Notes: a model not told the origin generated them from the letters alone. Positions 48,515 to 61,000 are shown, counted from the first letter of the stretch. The stretch: DNA of 64,000 nucleotides from Rikenellaceae bacterium (GCA_003513895.1 DOSU01000148.1:21378-85377); one strand, 5' to 3'. Numbers and translations: made by a program.

Positions 48515-51500
48515 ATGAGTAATAAAGAACTATATCCTCTAACATTGCCCCAGCAGGTCTTTTATTACGATTATCTGTTACATCGCAACGACAGAAAGTA
48601 CAATATGGGTGGGCACATGATGCTCAATGGGGAACTGGATATTGATTTGTTCCGGAAAGCACTTAATTATACAGCTCAGAAGCATGATGCGCTAAGGCTA
48701 AGATTTGTAGAGAAGGATGGAGAACTTTTTCAGTATTTTTTGCCGGAACTTGAATCCAATATTGAATATTACGATTTCAGAAAGAGAAATAATCCTCTTG
48801 AGGACGCAAATAAGTTTATTCTGGAAGAGAGTGCGCGTCCATTCCCTTTTGAAAACTCAAACCTCTGCCGCGAAATTATTATACAAACCGGAGACAAACA
48901 GTTTATCTGGTTTGCATTGTTTCACCATTTTTCAAATGACGGCTATGGCCACTCGATAATCAATAAAACTGTTTCAGATACGTATAATAGCCTGTTGTTA
49001 AGCGATAGTTTCCCCGAAATTCAATCTTATTCATACCTTGATTTTCTTGAAGACGATTTAAAATACAGGAAATCGGAAGAGTTTAAAAACTCTTCGGAAT
49101 ACTGGCAAAAAAAACTGACACCTCTACCGGAGCATCTTGATTTCACTACAAAAAAACACAGCATTAAAAACTTTTCGCTACATAATGAGAGAGTAACACT
49201 AAACCTTCATCGAATGTGTTATGCCTCAATGCTAAAGATAGGTGAAGAGGAAGGAGTGACTCCCTTCCAGACTCTTCTCGGAATTCTGTATATAACTCTT
49301 TATAAGCTATATAATAAAAAAGACATAATCATTGGAATGCCTGTATTAAACAGGAGTAATTTTAAGTTTAAAAACACTCCCGGCCTTTTTATGAATATGA
49401 CTCCGCTAAGGCTTCATCTAAAACCCGAATGGACCTTTTACGATCTTTTGAATTCAATAAAAACCGAAGTAAAAGAGTGCTACAGACATCAGCGTCTTCC
49501 AATGAGTGAAACTTTCAGGCATTTCCGAAATAATCCGGAATTTAAAAATGAGTTGTTCGATGTTACAGTTGTTTACAGAAAAATGGACTTCTCACAAAAG
49601 TTTGGCGATGCAAAACTACATTCTGTAACGCTTGATACAGAAACAAGAAACGAAAGTTTCGGCATTGAAGTGGACGAATACGACGATGACGAAAATGTAA
49701 ACATATTTTTTAATTACAATCCTCAGGTATTATCGGAGCAGGAGGTGCTCCAGATTGCAAAATGTTTTGAAACAGTACTCTTTGAGCTCATTTACTTTCC
49801 CCAAAAAAAGCTATCCGCAATAAAAACCATTTCCGAATTTGATAGGCACGAATTATTAAAAACCTTCAATTTTAATGGCCGTGCAAAAAAAACAAACAAG
49901 ACAATAGTTGAGAAGTTCTATGATTGCGCACAAAACTTTTCAAATGTAATTTCAGTAATATGTAACGAGAAATCATTGACCTATTGCAAACTTAACCAAA
50001 AGTCAAATCAGGTTGCAAATTACCTCATCCAAAAACATAATGTTTCCAAAGGGGATATTATTTGCATGGCTTCCGAGCGCTCGACAGATGCAATAGTGAC
50101 AATGATTGGGATTATGAAATCGGGAGCAGCATGTCTTCCTGTTGATTTTAATAACCCCCGTGAAAGAATTGCGTATATTCTAAAAAATAGTGGTGCAAAA
50201 ATTCTTATTTCCGACAACCCTGAACATCATAACCTCTCAAAAGTAGTAGTTATTCTTAGTGAAACCGAAATAGCCGGCAACGGGAATCTTTCTTTGAAAA
50301 TTCATAAAGAAGACCCGGCTTATATTATTTATACTTCCGGTTCAACCGGTACTCCAAAGGGAGTAGTTATTGAACATGGCAGTTTTATGAATATGTTCGT
50401 GAATGTTATCGATAATTACGGCATCAAGCAGCGGGACAATGTTCTTCAATTTGCATCTCTCGGGTTTGATGCTGCTATATTTGAAATATTTCAGGCGCTG
50501 CTCACGGGTGCCACTTTAGTAATTGCCGGGAAAGAGATAATTCAGGATCCTTCGTTATTCATTCATTTTATGGATGATAAAAAAATTTCAGTAGCAACTC
50601 TTCCTCCCGCCTTCCTTAATGCTCTGGATAAACCGGAATTTCCTTATCTGCACACATTAATAACAGCCGGAGAGCAAGCTGTGGTATCGGATGTAAATTA
50701 TTACAGAAAATTTAAAAAATATATAAATGGATACGGGCCAACCGAAGCATCGGTTTGTGCTTCGTATTTCATTGCTGATAAGGATGAAGAGTACAAAAAT
50801 TCTGTACCAATCGGGAAATCCGTTCCCGGCATGTCTATTTACATATTGAATGAAAATCTGGAACTATTACCGACAGGTTTTTCCGGCGAATTATGTATTT
50901 CCGGGCCAAATTTGGCAAGAGGATACCTGAACAATAATGAATTGACAGAGCAAAAATTTGTTGCAAATCCTTTTGTCAAAAACGGCAGAATGTACAGGAC
51001 AGGAGATAGGGCGAGATTTTTGCCGGATGGCAACATTGAATTTTTAGGAAGGATAGACAATCAGGTAAAAATAAGAGGGAACAGGATTGAACTTGGAGAA
51101 ATAGAGAACCGTATACAGAATCACCCCCTCGTAAAAGAATCAGTTGTACTGGTAACTGAAATAAACGAGAGTAAAATTATTGCGGCGTTTATCATTAGTG
51201 AAACAGAAATTGTATTATCGGAGCTCAAAAACTTTCTTCTTGAATTTCTGCCCGATCATATGATGCCTCAGCATTTCTATTTCATCGAGAAAATGCCATT
51301 AACACAAAATGGGAAAATCGATAAAAATGAATTGAGGAAATTGGTCTTGGCCGGACCGGAAACAATCACAAACGATTCTGCTACATCTACAGATCTTGAA
51401 ATCAAACTTATATCTATAGTTGAGCGCATCTTAAACTATTCTCCTGTTGGAGTTAATGATAACTTCTTTGAGTTAGGCGGCGACAGTCTTACTATTGCCC

Positions 51501-54500
51501 GTTTAATAACCCGGATAAAAAAGGAGTTGAATCTGGAGATCAGCTTTAAAACTATCTTTAACAAACCTACATTTCGTTCTGTACTGGCAGAACTTGGTTC
51601 CTGCAAAACTGCCCTGTATGAAGAGATAAAGAGTGCTCCGCCTGCCGAATATTATCCGCTTTCTCATTCACAAAAAAGATTATGGATACTTTCCCGGGAA
51701 AAAGAAAACTCCGCAGTTTACAATATGCCGGTACCGCTTGTTCTTGAGGGGATAGTGAATGTTGGAAACCTTAAAAAAGAAGTTTGTGCAATAATTGAAA
51801 GACATGAATCTCTCCGGACAATATTTGTTGACATTGAGGGCACTCCTTACCAGAAGATACTTACAACTTTCGATAGCGTTGTAACCGAATATGATTTTAG
51901 CCTTGATGCATCAGCAGGAGAAAAGGCTGCAGTTCTGGTCAATAAAGAGGCAATGACCCCTTTTGACTTGTCGTGTGAAATTCCAATCCGGGCAAGCATA
52001 GTAAAGGTCGAGAAAGAAAAATACATATTCTTGCTCGTAATCCACCATATTGCAGGGGATGGCATATCTATTGGCATAATAATGAACGAATTGTCGCAAT
52101 TGTACAATTCGTATGAAGGGGGAGATTCGGAATGTGTCCTGAAGCCACTCAGAATTCAATATAAAGATTACTGCGTTTATGAACAGGTTCTGCTTGAAAG
52201 CAACAAGTACCTGAAGGAAAAGGAATACTGGCTTAAAAAATTATGCAATCCAATACCGGTGCTTAATTTGCCCACAAATAGAATACGTCCGCCTGTTAAA
52301 ACATACACCGGGAATTATTTACTAAGCGAGTTGGAGGAATCCACATCACAGAGTATAATCAAATTAAGCAAAGAGAGGAGCGTAAGTCCAAATATTGTTT
52401 TACTCGCGGCCATAAATGTTTTGCTTTATAAGTACACTGCACAGGAAGATATAATTATTGGAACTCCGGTTGCCAGAAGAAACAGCCAGGAGCTTGAAAA
52501 TCAAGTTGGCGCATACATCAACACTGTTGCTCTCCGTAATAATATAAACGGAGAAAATACTTTTGCCCATTTTTTACAGGAAGCAGGAAACAGCCTGTCC
52601 GAAGCGTTTTCCAACAGCAACTATCCTTTTGATAGCCTTCTGGAAAATTTAACACTTGAAAGAGACATATCCCGTGCTCCATTATTTGACGTGCTGATGC
52701 AATATCAAAACGAGGATGTGACTGTACTGGAATTAAATCACGCAAGGTCTTCTTCTTACAAGATAGATTTTAACTTTAACAAGTTCGACCTTACTTTTAC
52801 CTTTACCGAAGAAAAAGAATCAATAAAATTTAACCTGGGATACAATTCAAATCTCTTCGATGAAAATCGTATTGAAAGATTGAAAAGTCACCTTATAAAC
52901 ATTCTCTCATGCGTCCTCGATAATCCGGACATCTGTATTAAAGACATTGATGTTCTTGGCAATGACGATAGAGAAATGCTACAGGAAATGTCGTGCGGAA
53001 AGAACACAAACCTCGAAAGAAAAACAGTGATTGATCTGTTCAACGAACAGGTAATAAAGACACCCGGTAATACTGCATTGGTGTTTAACGACACAAAACT
53101 GACTTATCTTCAACTGAATGAAAAAGCCAACTCTATTGCACATGGGATATTGAAAAATATAAGTGTTTCCCCGGACGATATTATTGCAATAAGAGCTCCC
53201 CGCTCGGAGATGATGGTTATTGGCATTTTAGGAATATTAAAAACCGGCGCGGCCTATCTGCCATTAAGTATGGACATGCCGGAAGAGCGCGTGAAATTTA
53301 TGATGCAGGACAGCAGGTCCAGGCTGTTGTTAACAGAGAGCCACCTTGTAGAGATGACAGAAACCCCATCCGGTAAAATACCGGAAATCAATTACAACCC
53401 CAACAGTCTGGCCTATGTGATATATACTTCCGGATCTACAGGTACACCAAAAGGTGTTATGATTGAACATCGTGGCCTTTATAACCTGGTGCTGGCGTTG
53501 TCGGATGGAATTTATAATTCAGTTTTGTCTCCATTGAATATTGCCATGATTGCCCCTTTTATTTTTGATGCTTCCGTTAAACAAATGTTTTATGCTTTGA
53601 CGCATGGACACTGTCTTGATATTGTACCGGATGAAATAAAAACAAACGGCAGAAAACTTATAGAATATTATGAAAAGCATTCAATTAAAGTTTCCGACGG
53701 GACTCCGGTTCATCTGGAAGTTTTACTGGATGAATTAACGCCGGGGACAAAAAAGTATTTGCCAAATATGTTTGTAATGGGAGGCCAGCACCTAATGCTT
53801 CAAACAGTAAGAAAAATGTTTGAAGTGGCAGGAGATGACCCTCCGGTAATTATAAATGCCTATGGTCCTACAGAATGCAGCGATGTATCGTCTTCCTTTA
53901 ATATTTCGCGGGAGTTTACAGAGGAGAATGATGCGGTATTCAATTCAATGCCAATAGGAAAGCCATTAAATAATGTTCAAATCTATATTCTTGATTCAAC
54001 CCTTGCTCCGGTTCCTGTTGGTGTATATGGAGAACTTTGTATCGCAGGGGAAGGTCTCGCAAGAGGTTATGTAAACAGAAGTGACCTCACAAACGAAAAA
54101 TTCGTTAATGCCGGTTTTCTCCATAACAGAAGAATTTACAGAACGGGAGATGTGGGACGGTTTTTGGACGATGGTAACATTGTCCTTTCGGGAAGGTCGG
54201 ACGATCAGATAAAACTACGGGGCTTCCGTGTAGAACTTGGAGAAATTGAAAGCAAAATAAAGAATTACGGTAAAATTGTTTCGGCATCGGTCATTTCCGT
54301 TGGAGAGGGAAATAATCTTGAGATTGCAGCATACTTTACCGCCCCGGAAAAGTTGGATTGTGAAGACCTGAAACAGTTTTTATCACTTCATTTGCCGGTG
54401 TATATGATTCCCGCTTTTCTTACTCAATTGGACAAAATGCCGTTAACCGGAAACGGAAAAATTGACAAAAAGGCTCTTCCTGTTCCCATAAAAGAGACCT

Positions 54501-57500
54501 CAATAAAAGATGAATCACCTCATTTCGGAGACCGTCTCGAAGAGAAGCTTGCGGAGATATGGAAAGAGTTGCTTCAGGTTAAAAAAATCAATACAACAGA
54601 TAATTTCTTTAGTCTTGGTGGGCACAGTCTGATAGCTATAAGACTTGTATCTAGGATACATAAGGAATTCAGCGTCGAAATCGGAATATGGGAAGTGTTC
54701 CAGTATTCAACAATTTCTTCGCTCGCCAGGTTGCTGAGAAGTAAAAATCCGTCTGTTTTCTGCCCTATTGAAAAGCTGGAGGAGAGGGAGTATTATCCAT
54801 TGTCTCATTCGCAGCGAAGGTTATGGTTTCTTGCCAAGATGGAAGGCCAAAATTCGCTTTATAACATGCCTGGTGCTTTGCATCTGAAAGGGAATCTCGA
54901 TATAAATGTGTTTGAAAATGTTTTAAAAACCATTTTGCAGCGGCATGAATCTTTCAGAACATATTTTGTTGAAATTGACGGAGAGCCTTTTCAAAAAATA
55001 TCGGAAAAAGTTGATTTTAAAATTGAAGTGTCCGGTTATTCCGGTAAAACATGGGATTTAAACACACTTAAGGTTCTGGCAACGGAATATTTTGAAAAAG
55101 AATTTGATTTGTCCAAGGCCCCTCTTATGCAGGCGAAACTGATAACATTATCTGCAAACAACTACCTGTTCCTTTTCAATATGCACCATATTATAGGCGA
55201 CGGCTGGTCAATCGATGTAATATTAAAAGAGTTTAAATTTTATTACAATTCCTTAATTACCAATACAAAAACTCTCCCTGAACCATTAAGAATTCAGTAT
55301 AAAGACTACGCAACATGGCAGAATAAAATTCTTGAAGAAAATTCACTTTCGGGAATTAAAGAATACTGGCATACAAAATTAGGAAAACCGCGGCCCGACT
55401 TAAATTTGCCTTTAGACTTTAAAAGGCCCGAATCCTTTTCCGTAGAAGGAGAACTTTTGCGCTTCTCTCTTGACAGTAAACAGGCAAATGAATTAAAGAA
55501 CATTATTAAAGTTCATGACACCAGCCTTTACATGACGTTTCTGGCAATTGTAAATGTTCTTTTATATAAATATACCGGCACGGAGGATATTCTTGTTGGT
55601 TCTCCTGTAGCCGGACGTCAGCATTACGATTTGGAGAATCAGGTTGGGTTTTTTGTGAATACTCTTGTTTTGCGTAATGAAATTAATCCCGAAGATACAT
55701 TTGAGGATTTCTTGAGAAAAGTAAAAAAAACACTGTCAGAAGCCATGGATAATCAGGCCTATCCGTTTGACAGGCTTGTAGATGAACTTGATGTCGAAAG
55801 AGTACCAAACCGGAATCCTCTTTTTGATGTTATGGTAGCATGGATGGTGAAGAACGGTATGGAAATTCAATTGAATTTCAACGGAGTCGAGTTATCGGGA
55901 CTTGACTTCAGTATATCAAAAAGCATGTTTGACCTTACATTTCTTTTTGATGAAACGAACGGCAAGATATCTTACGGAATTGAATATAATTCTTCTCTTT
56001 TCAAACAGGAGAGCATTCACAGAATGTCGGATCAGTTCAAAAAATTAGTCGACAGTATCATCTTAAACCCGAAAGGAAAAATCAGAAATCTGCAGATAAT
56101 TACGGATGCAGAGAAAGAAAAACTCCTTGCCGGTTTCAATGCTGTAATTGACCCGTTGCCGGCCGAAACAAATGTTATTGACATGTTTGTTAAAAAAGCC
56201 GGTGTCAATAAATACGATACTGCAATTGTATATGAAGGCAATAAAACATCCTACTTCGGTCTGGACAAACTTTCGAACAGAATTGCCAACTACATAATTG
56301 AAAATGTTGCGCCAAACAGAGATGATATAATCGCAGTTATTGTTGATGACCCGGTTTTGGCTGTTGCCTCTTTACTTGCAGTAATGAAAACAGGCGCGGC
56401 TTATCTTCCTGTTATGGCAGACAATCCTCTGGACAGAATATCATATATCATTAAAGACAGTAATGCAAGAGCTGTTTTGACCGACATTAATATCACTGTC
56501 CAAAAAGGATCGGAGATTTATCTGGATATTAGCGATCAAACAAGTGAAAACGATTCTTTGCCTGCTTGCAAAATTGAACAGGGAACTCTTGCATATGTAA
56601 TATACACCTCAGGCTCGACCGGAACACCAAAAGGGGTAATGATAGAACACGATTCTTTAACAAATCTGATCTTGTCATTAAAACAAAATATTTATTCGCG
56701 TTACAAGAGTTCTTTAAACGAACTGATGATTACCTCATTTGCATTTGATGTTTCTCTTAAACAGATATTTGCAACACTATGCATTGGAAACACACTTCAC
56801 ATATTAAACAAAGAAAAGAGACTAGACGCACGAGAAATTATAAAATATATTTCAGACAATAATATCGGAGTTGTCGATCTAACTCCCTCTATTTTTTCCG
56901 TAATGCAGGATGAGGGTTTTAACGAGACATTAAAGCCAGATTTGAAAGAGTTGTTTCTGGGTTCGGAGGCTCTGCCTTATAAACTGGTTAAAAACTTCTT
57001 GAGCCATAAGGAAAACAGAAGCATAAACATGACTAACTTTTACGGACCTACAGAGTGTTGTGTAGAATCTTCCGGATTCCGAATAATAGGTCCCGGTGAT
57101 TTAAATGATAATCACAGCATAGTTCCAATAGGGAAGCCGATATTAAACGAACAAATCTTTATTCTTGACCAATTTTTGAATTTATGTCCGATTAACGTGA
57201 CCGGCGAAATATGCATTGCAGGAAAAGGCCTTGCCCGGCAATATTTGAACGATCCTAAAAAAACTGCCGAAAAATTTGTCAATGCTCCATCCTTAAAAGG
57301 GACAAGAGTTTATAAGACGGGAGATTTGGGGAGATTTCTTCCTGATGGCAATGTTGAGTTCCTTGGAAGAATGGACGAGCAGGTTAAGATTCGGGGATAC
57401 AGAGTAGAGTTGCAGGAGATAGAGAGGTGTCTTGGAGAGTTGCAGGAGATAAACGAGTGTGCTGTTACTCTTTTTGATAAAAATGGCGCGAGCGAACTTG

Positions 57501-58030
57501 CAGCTTATTACATATCGGGAGAAACCATAGAAAAAGCTAAACTGAAAAGTCATCTTGACCGGTTTTTGCCTAAGTATATGATTCCTGCATATTTCGTCAG
57601 AGTCGAAAAAATTCCTCTTTCAGTCAATGGAAAGGCCAGCAAAAAACTTTTGCCGGATCCTTGCAATATAAGTGAGAAGAAAACATTAAGAAAACCGAAT
57701 GACGAAACGGAGCTTTTAATTCTTAATATTTGTTCTCGTGTCCTCAAGAGTGAAAACATTAGCCTGGACGATAATTTTTTTGAAATAGGCGGAAACAGCT
57801 TAAATGCAGTTCGGATTATATCGGGAATTCAAAAAGAATTAAATGCCGACATTCCACTCAGGGAGATATTTTACAACCCGGTTCTGATTGATATTGCCCG
57901 GAAAGTCAAAGAAAAGCTCAGCCAGAAAGTATCCTGCAATAAAAATGTTTCAGAAGAAAAAAACATTGTGCCGGCTTCGGATGAAGAATTAAAACTATTA
58001 TCAGCCTTGCAATTTGACGATGATGAGTAG
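48515..58030 (+). CDS. NRPS1: Cstarter-A-T-C-A-T-C-A-T (three modules, no E or TE)
   Basis: C motifs HHFSNDG (~48923), HHIAGDG (~52043), HHIIGDG (~55184); three YTSGSTGTPKG A domains; T motifs GGDSL, GGHSL, GGNSL. Confidence 0.96.
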   Translation: MSNKELYPLTLPQQVFYYDYLLHRNDRKYNMGGHMMLNGELDIDLFRKALNYTAQKHDALRLRFVEKDGELFQYFLPELESNIEYYDFRKRNNPLEDANKFILEESARPFPFENSNLCREIIIQTGDKQFIWFALFHHFSNDGYGHSIINKTVSDTYNSLLLSDSFPEIQSYSYLDFLEDDLKYRKSEEFKNSSEYWQKKLTPLPEHLDFTTKKHSIKNFSLHNERVTLNLHRMCYASMLKIGEEEGVTPFQTLLGILYITLYKLYNKKDIIIGMPVLNRSNFKFKNTPGLFMNMTPLRLHLKPEWTFYDLLNSIKTEVKECYRHQRLPMSETFRHFRNNPEFKNELFDVTVVYRKMDFSQKFGDAKLHSVTLDTETRNESFGIEVDEYDDDENVNIFFNYNPQVLSEQEVLQIAKCFETVLFELIYFPQKKLSAIKTISEFDRHELLKTFNFNGRAKKTNKTIVEKFYDCAQNFSNVISVICNEKSLTYCKLNQKSNQVANYLIQKHNVSKGDIICMASERSTDAIVTMIGIMKSGAACLPVDFNNPRERIAYILKNSGAKILISDNPEHHNLSKVVVILSETEIAGNGNLSLKIHKEDPAYIIYTSGSTGTPKGVVIEHGSFMNMFVNVIDNYGIKQRDNVLQFASLGFDAAIFEIFQALLTGATLVIAGKEIIQDPSLFIHFMDDKKISVATLPPAFLNALDKPEFPYLHTLITAGEQAVVSDVNYYRKFKKYINGYGPTEASVCASYFIADKDEEYKNSVPIGKSVPGMSIYILNENLELLPTGFSGELCISGPNLARGYLNNNELTEQKFVANPFVKNGRMYRTGDRARFLPDGNIEFLGRIDNQVKIRGNRIELGEIENRIQNHPLVKESVVLVTEINESKIIAAFIISETEIVLSELKNFLLEFLPDHMMPQHFYFIEKMPLTQNGKIDKNELRKLVLAGPETITNDSATSTDLEIKLISIVERILNYSPVGVNDNFFELGGDSLTIARLITRIKKELNLEISFKTIFNKPTFRSVLAELGSCKTALYEEIKSAPPAEYYPLSHSQKRLWILSREKENSAVYNMPVPLVLEGIVNVGNLKKEVCAIIERHESLRTIFVDIEGTPYQKILTTFDSVVTEYDFSLDASAGEKAAVLVNKEAMTPFDLSCEIPIRASIVKVEKEKYIFLLVIHHIAGDGISIGIIMNELSQLYNSYEGGDSECVLKPLRIQYKDYCVYEQVLLESNKYLKEKEYWLKKLCNPIPVLNLPTNRIRPPVKTYTGNYLLSELEESTSQSIIKLSKERSVSPNIVLLAAINVLLYKYTAQEDIIIGTPVARRNSQELENQVGAYINTVALRNNINGENTFAHFLQEAGNSLSEAFSNSNYPFDSLLENLTLERDISRAPLFDVLMQYQNEDVTVLELNHARSSSYKIDFNFNKFDLTFTFTEEKESIKFNLGYNSNLFDENRIERLKSHLINILSCVLDNPDICIKDIDVLGNDDREMLQEMSCGKNTNLERKTVIDLFNEQVIKTPGNTALVFNDTKLTYLQLNEKANSIAHGILKNISVSPDDIIAIRAPRSEMMVIGILGILKTGAAYLPLSMDMPEERVKFMMQDSRSRLLLTESHLVEMTETPSGKIPEINYNPNSLAYVIYTSGSTGTPKGVMIEHRGLYNLVLALSDGIYNSVLSPLNIAMIAPFIFDASVKQMFYALTHGHCLDIVPDEIKTNGRKLIEYYEKHSIKVSDGTPVHLEVLLDELTPGTKKYLPNMFVMGGQHLMLQTVRKMFEVAGDDPPVIINAYGPTECSDVSSSFNISREFTEENDAVFNSMPIGKPLNNVQIYILDSTLAPVPVGVYGELCIAGEGLARGYVNRSDLTNEKFVNAGFLHNRRIYRTGDVGRFLDDGNIVLSGRSDDQIKLRGFRVELGEIESKIKNYGKIVSASVISVGEGNNLEIAAYFTAPEKLDCEDLKQFLSLHLPVYMIPAFLTQLDKMPLTGNGKIDKKALPVPIKETSIKDESPHFGDRLEEKLAEIWKELLQVKKINTTDNFFSLGGHSLIAIRLVSRIHKEFSVEIGIWEVFQYSTISSLARLLRSKNPSVFCPIEKLEEREYYPLSHSQRRLWFLAKMEGQNSLYNMPGALHLKGNLDINVFENVLKTILQRHESFRTYFVEIDGEPFQKISEKVDFKIEVSGYSGKTWDLNTLKVLATEYFEKEFDLSKAPLMQAKLITLSANNYLFLFNMHHIIGDGWSIDVILKEFKFYYNSLITNTKTLPEPLRIQYKDYATWQNKILEENSLSGIKEYWHTKLGKPRPDLNLPLDFKRPESFSVEGELLRFSLDSKQANELKNIIKVHDTSLYMTFLAIVNVLLYKYTGTEDILVGSPVAGRQHYDLENQVGFFVNTLVLRNEINPEDTFEDFLRKVKKTLSEAMDNQAYPFDRLVDELDVERVPNRNPLFDVMVAWMVKNGMEIQLNFNGVELSGLDFSISKSMFDLTFLFDETNGKISYGIEYNSSLFKQESIHRMSDQFKKLVDSIILNPKGKIRNLQIITDAEKEKLLAGFNAVIDPLPAETNVIDMFVKKAGVNKYDTAIVYEGNKTSYFGLDKLSNRIANYIIENVAPNRDDIIAVIVDDPVLAVASLLAVMKTGAAYLPVMADNPLDRISYIIKDSNARAVLTDINITVQKGSEIYLDISDQTSENDSLPACKIEQGTLAYVIYTSGSTGTPKGVMIEHDSLTNLILSLKQNIYSRYKSSLNELMITSFAFDVSLKQIFATLCIGNTLHILNKEKRLDAREIIKYISDNNIGVVDLTPSIFSVMQDEGFNETLKPDLKELFLGSEALPYKLVKNFLSHKENRSINMTNFYGPTECCVESSGFRIIGPGDLNDNHSIVPIGKPILNEQIFILDQFLNLCPINVTGEICIAGKGLARQYLNDPKKTAEKFVNAPSLKGTRVYKTGDLGRFLPDGNVEFLGRMDEQVKIRGYRVELQEIERCLGELQEINECAVTLFDKNGASELAAYYISGETIEKAKLKSHLDRFLPKYMIPAYFVRVEKIPLSVNGKASKKLLPDPCNISEKKTLRKPNDETELLILNICSRVLKSENISLDDNFFEIGGNSLNAVRIISGIQKELNADIPLREIFYNPVLIDIARKVKEKLSQKVSCNKNVSEEKNIVPASDEELKLLSALQFDDDE

Positions 58031-61000
58031 CATAAAAGAGTTGAAACAAAAAGCATTAAGCGGCGATATGTCCGCATTAGAAGAGCTAAGACAACTGGGC
58101 GTTTTGTCGGGCAATAAAGCCAGATACACCATGGCGCCTGTCTCTTATGCCCAGAGACGACTCTGGTTTATTGACAAGATGGACCATTCCCCGGCATATA
58201 ATCTTTATGCTGCAATAAATATTCGGGGGGAACTAAATGTTGAGGCTCTTGAAAATTCGTTCAAAGAAATTGTTAATCGTCATGAAATACTAAGAACTGT
58301 TTTTGTTGAAACAGACGGAATCCCATATCAGAAAATTTTAAGTGATATTAATTTCAAAATCTTAAAGGAAGATATAAGCAAAGCTGCACACAAAGGGGAA
58401 AAGATATCGTTATTAATTGAAAACGAATCCAAAAGGTGTTTCGATCTCTCTAATGGACCACTTATGGTATGTAGCCTGTATACGCTGGGAAAAGAGGAGC
58501 ACCTCCTCCTTTTTAACATGCACCATATAATAAGCGACGGATGGTCTGTTGGGATACTCATTTCGGAGTTGACTTTGCTGTATAACTCATTTTGCAAAGG
58601 AGATGCTAGTCCTTTATCTCCACTAAAGATTCAATACAAAGACTTTGTTAAAAGTCATTCGGATATGCTGAATGACCGGGAATCTTTAATACATAAAAAG
58701 TACTGGTTCGAAAAATTTTCGGGAGAGCTCCCTGTCACCGAATTGACTTCGGATTTTAAACGTCCGCTGCACAAAACATTCAACGGTTTGCTGCAAGAAA
58801 TTGTTGTTGGAAAACACCTTTTTAAAGGAGTAAAGAAGCTTATCCGGCAAAGAAATGCAAGCCTTTTTATGTTTCTGGTTTCGGCTGTAAATGTTCTTTT
58901 GTACAAATATACGGGGAAACGGGATATCATTATAGGTTCTCCGGTTTCCGGAAGAGAGCAGAGAGACCTGGATGAGCTTATAGGATTTTTTGTAAATACA
59001 ATTCCTTTAAGAAACAATATCGACAGCGCAATTAGTTTCGGGGATTTTTTGGATAAGGTAAAAAGCAACTGCATAGAGGCTTACGATCATCAAATATATC
59101 CTATAGATCTGCTCATCGAGGACTTGAATATGAAAAGAGATACGAGCAGAAATCCTCTGTTCGAGATTACAGTTTCGCTTCAGGAGGCAAACTCCGGTTC
59201 AATTCAGTTTGATGGATTAAAAACAACTATTTTAAAACCGGAAATATCATCAGGCAAATTCGACCTTCATTTCAACTTTGAAGAGAGAGACGAAGAGCTT
59301 AAACTTGGAATTGTTTATAATCCCGATTTATATACTGCAGAAAACATTCAAAGATTTGGCAGCCATTTTCTCACGTTGCTGGAAAATATCCTGAGCTCCC
59401 CGGAAGAGGCAATCAGAGATATTGAAATAATATCAAAAACAGAAAAAGATGAGATAGTTAATGTGTTTAATGATACACAATGCTATTATCCAAAAGAGAA
59501 AACAATTTCCGGACTGTTCGAAGAGATGGCAGTAAAATTTCCGGAAAAGCCGGCAGTTGTTTATCAGGGGAAACCGATTACCTATAAAAATTTGAATGAA
59601 AAAGCCAATTGCCTGGCAATGATCTTAAAAGAAGATTACGGGTTAAGGTTAGAGGAACCTGTAGTCATATTAATGGATAGGTCACACGAATTTATAATAT
59701 CAATACTTGCAGTCCTAAAGGCGGGAGGAGCCTATTTACCGGTTGATCCAAAAATGCCTTTTACCCGAATCAGAACAATTATTGAAGATGTAAAAGCCGA
59801 TATTATTTTAACCGATAGTATCCATAAAAACAACGAATATCAGGTTAGCCGGGTTATTAGGGTTACAGACGAGCTTTTTTCGGATGCGAAAATGTGTTGC
59901 AACTTTAAAAGCAATAAAACCTCTTCAAATCTGGCCTATATTTTATACACATCAGGTTCCACAGGAGTTCCGAAAGGAAGCATGATTGAAGAAAAGTCGG
60001 TAATTAGACTTGTAAAGAATACGAACTATTTAAAGATGGACGAAAATATCAGGATATTTTCCACATCTTCCATCTCCTTTGATGCAACAACTTTCGATAT
60101 ATGGGGTGCATTACTAAACGGAGGTACACTATTTTTTGAAGATACCGAAGATTATCTCGACCCCGAAAAACTTAGAAATTATTTTTCTACTTATAAAATA
60201 AACGCAACAATACTATCTACAGGGTTGTTTGTAAGAATGTTAGAAGCCGACAGGCTAAACAATCTTAATATGTTTGCGGGTTTAAAAGAGTTTATGGTCG
60301 GAGGAGACAGATTGCCTTGTCATGTATCGAACAACTTTATTTCGATGTATCCCCAAATTCCATTTATAAATGTTTATGGTCCAACAGAAAACACAACCTT
60401 CACTACATTTTTTAATGTTACACATGAGTATAGTACAGATATTCCTATAGGAAAACCTGTATCAAACTCGACAGTTTACATATTTAATACAGATGGAAAC
60501 CTATGTCCTGCTGGTGTTGCAGGGGAATTATATATCGGAGGTGACGGAGTATCCCGGGGATATGTTGGCAGAGAGGAACTGACTAAGCAGAAATTTATAG
60601 ATAATCCGTATAAAAAAGGAGATACATTATACTGCTCGGGCGATATTGCCAAATGGATGAGCGATGGTAATATTATATTTCTGGGCAGGGAAGATGATCA
60701 GTTGAAAATAAGGGGATTCCGTGTAGAAACTGGAGAGATTGAGAGTATTGCAACAAAATTTGGTGGAATTACAAAAGCAAAAATCCTGGTAAATGAGGAG
60801 GAGAGTCAAAAGGAACTGGCACTGTATTATACAGCTCTGGCAAATGTTGTTGAGGAAGATTTAAAAAACCATCTGAAAGATAATCTTCCGGATTATATGC
60901 TTCCAAAATACCTGATAAGATTGGATGAATTTCCGCTTAATGCAAACGGAAAAGTAGATTACAAGGCATTCCCCAAACCCGAAGCAATTTCGGACCTGTC

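Noticed and set aside
57406..57451. 16-nt direct repeat agagttgcaggagata in NRPS1
   Set aside because: Only two in-frame copies encoding ELQEI; not a CRISPR or an insertion-site duplication.
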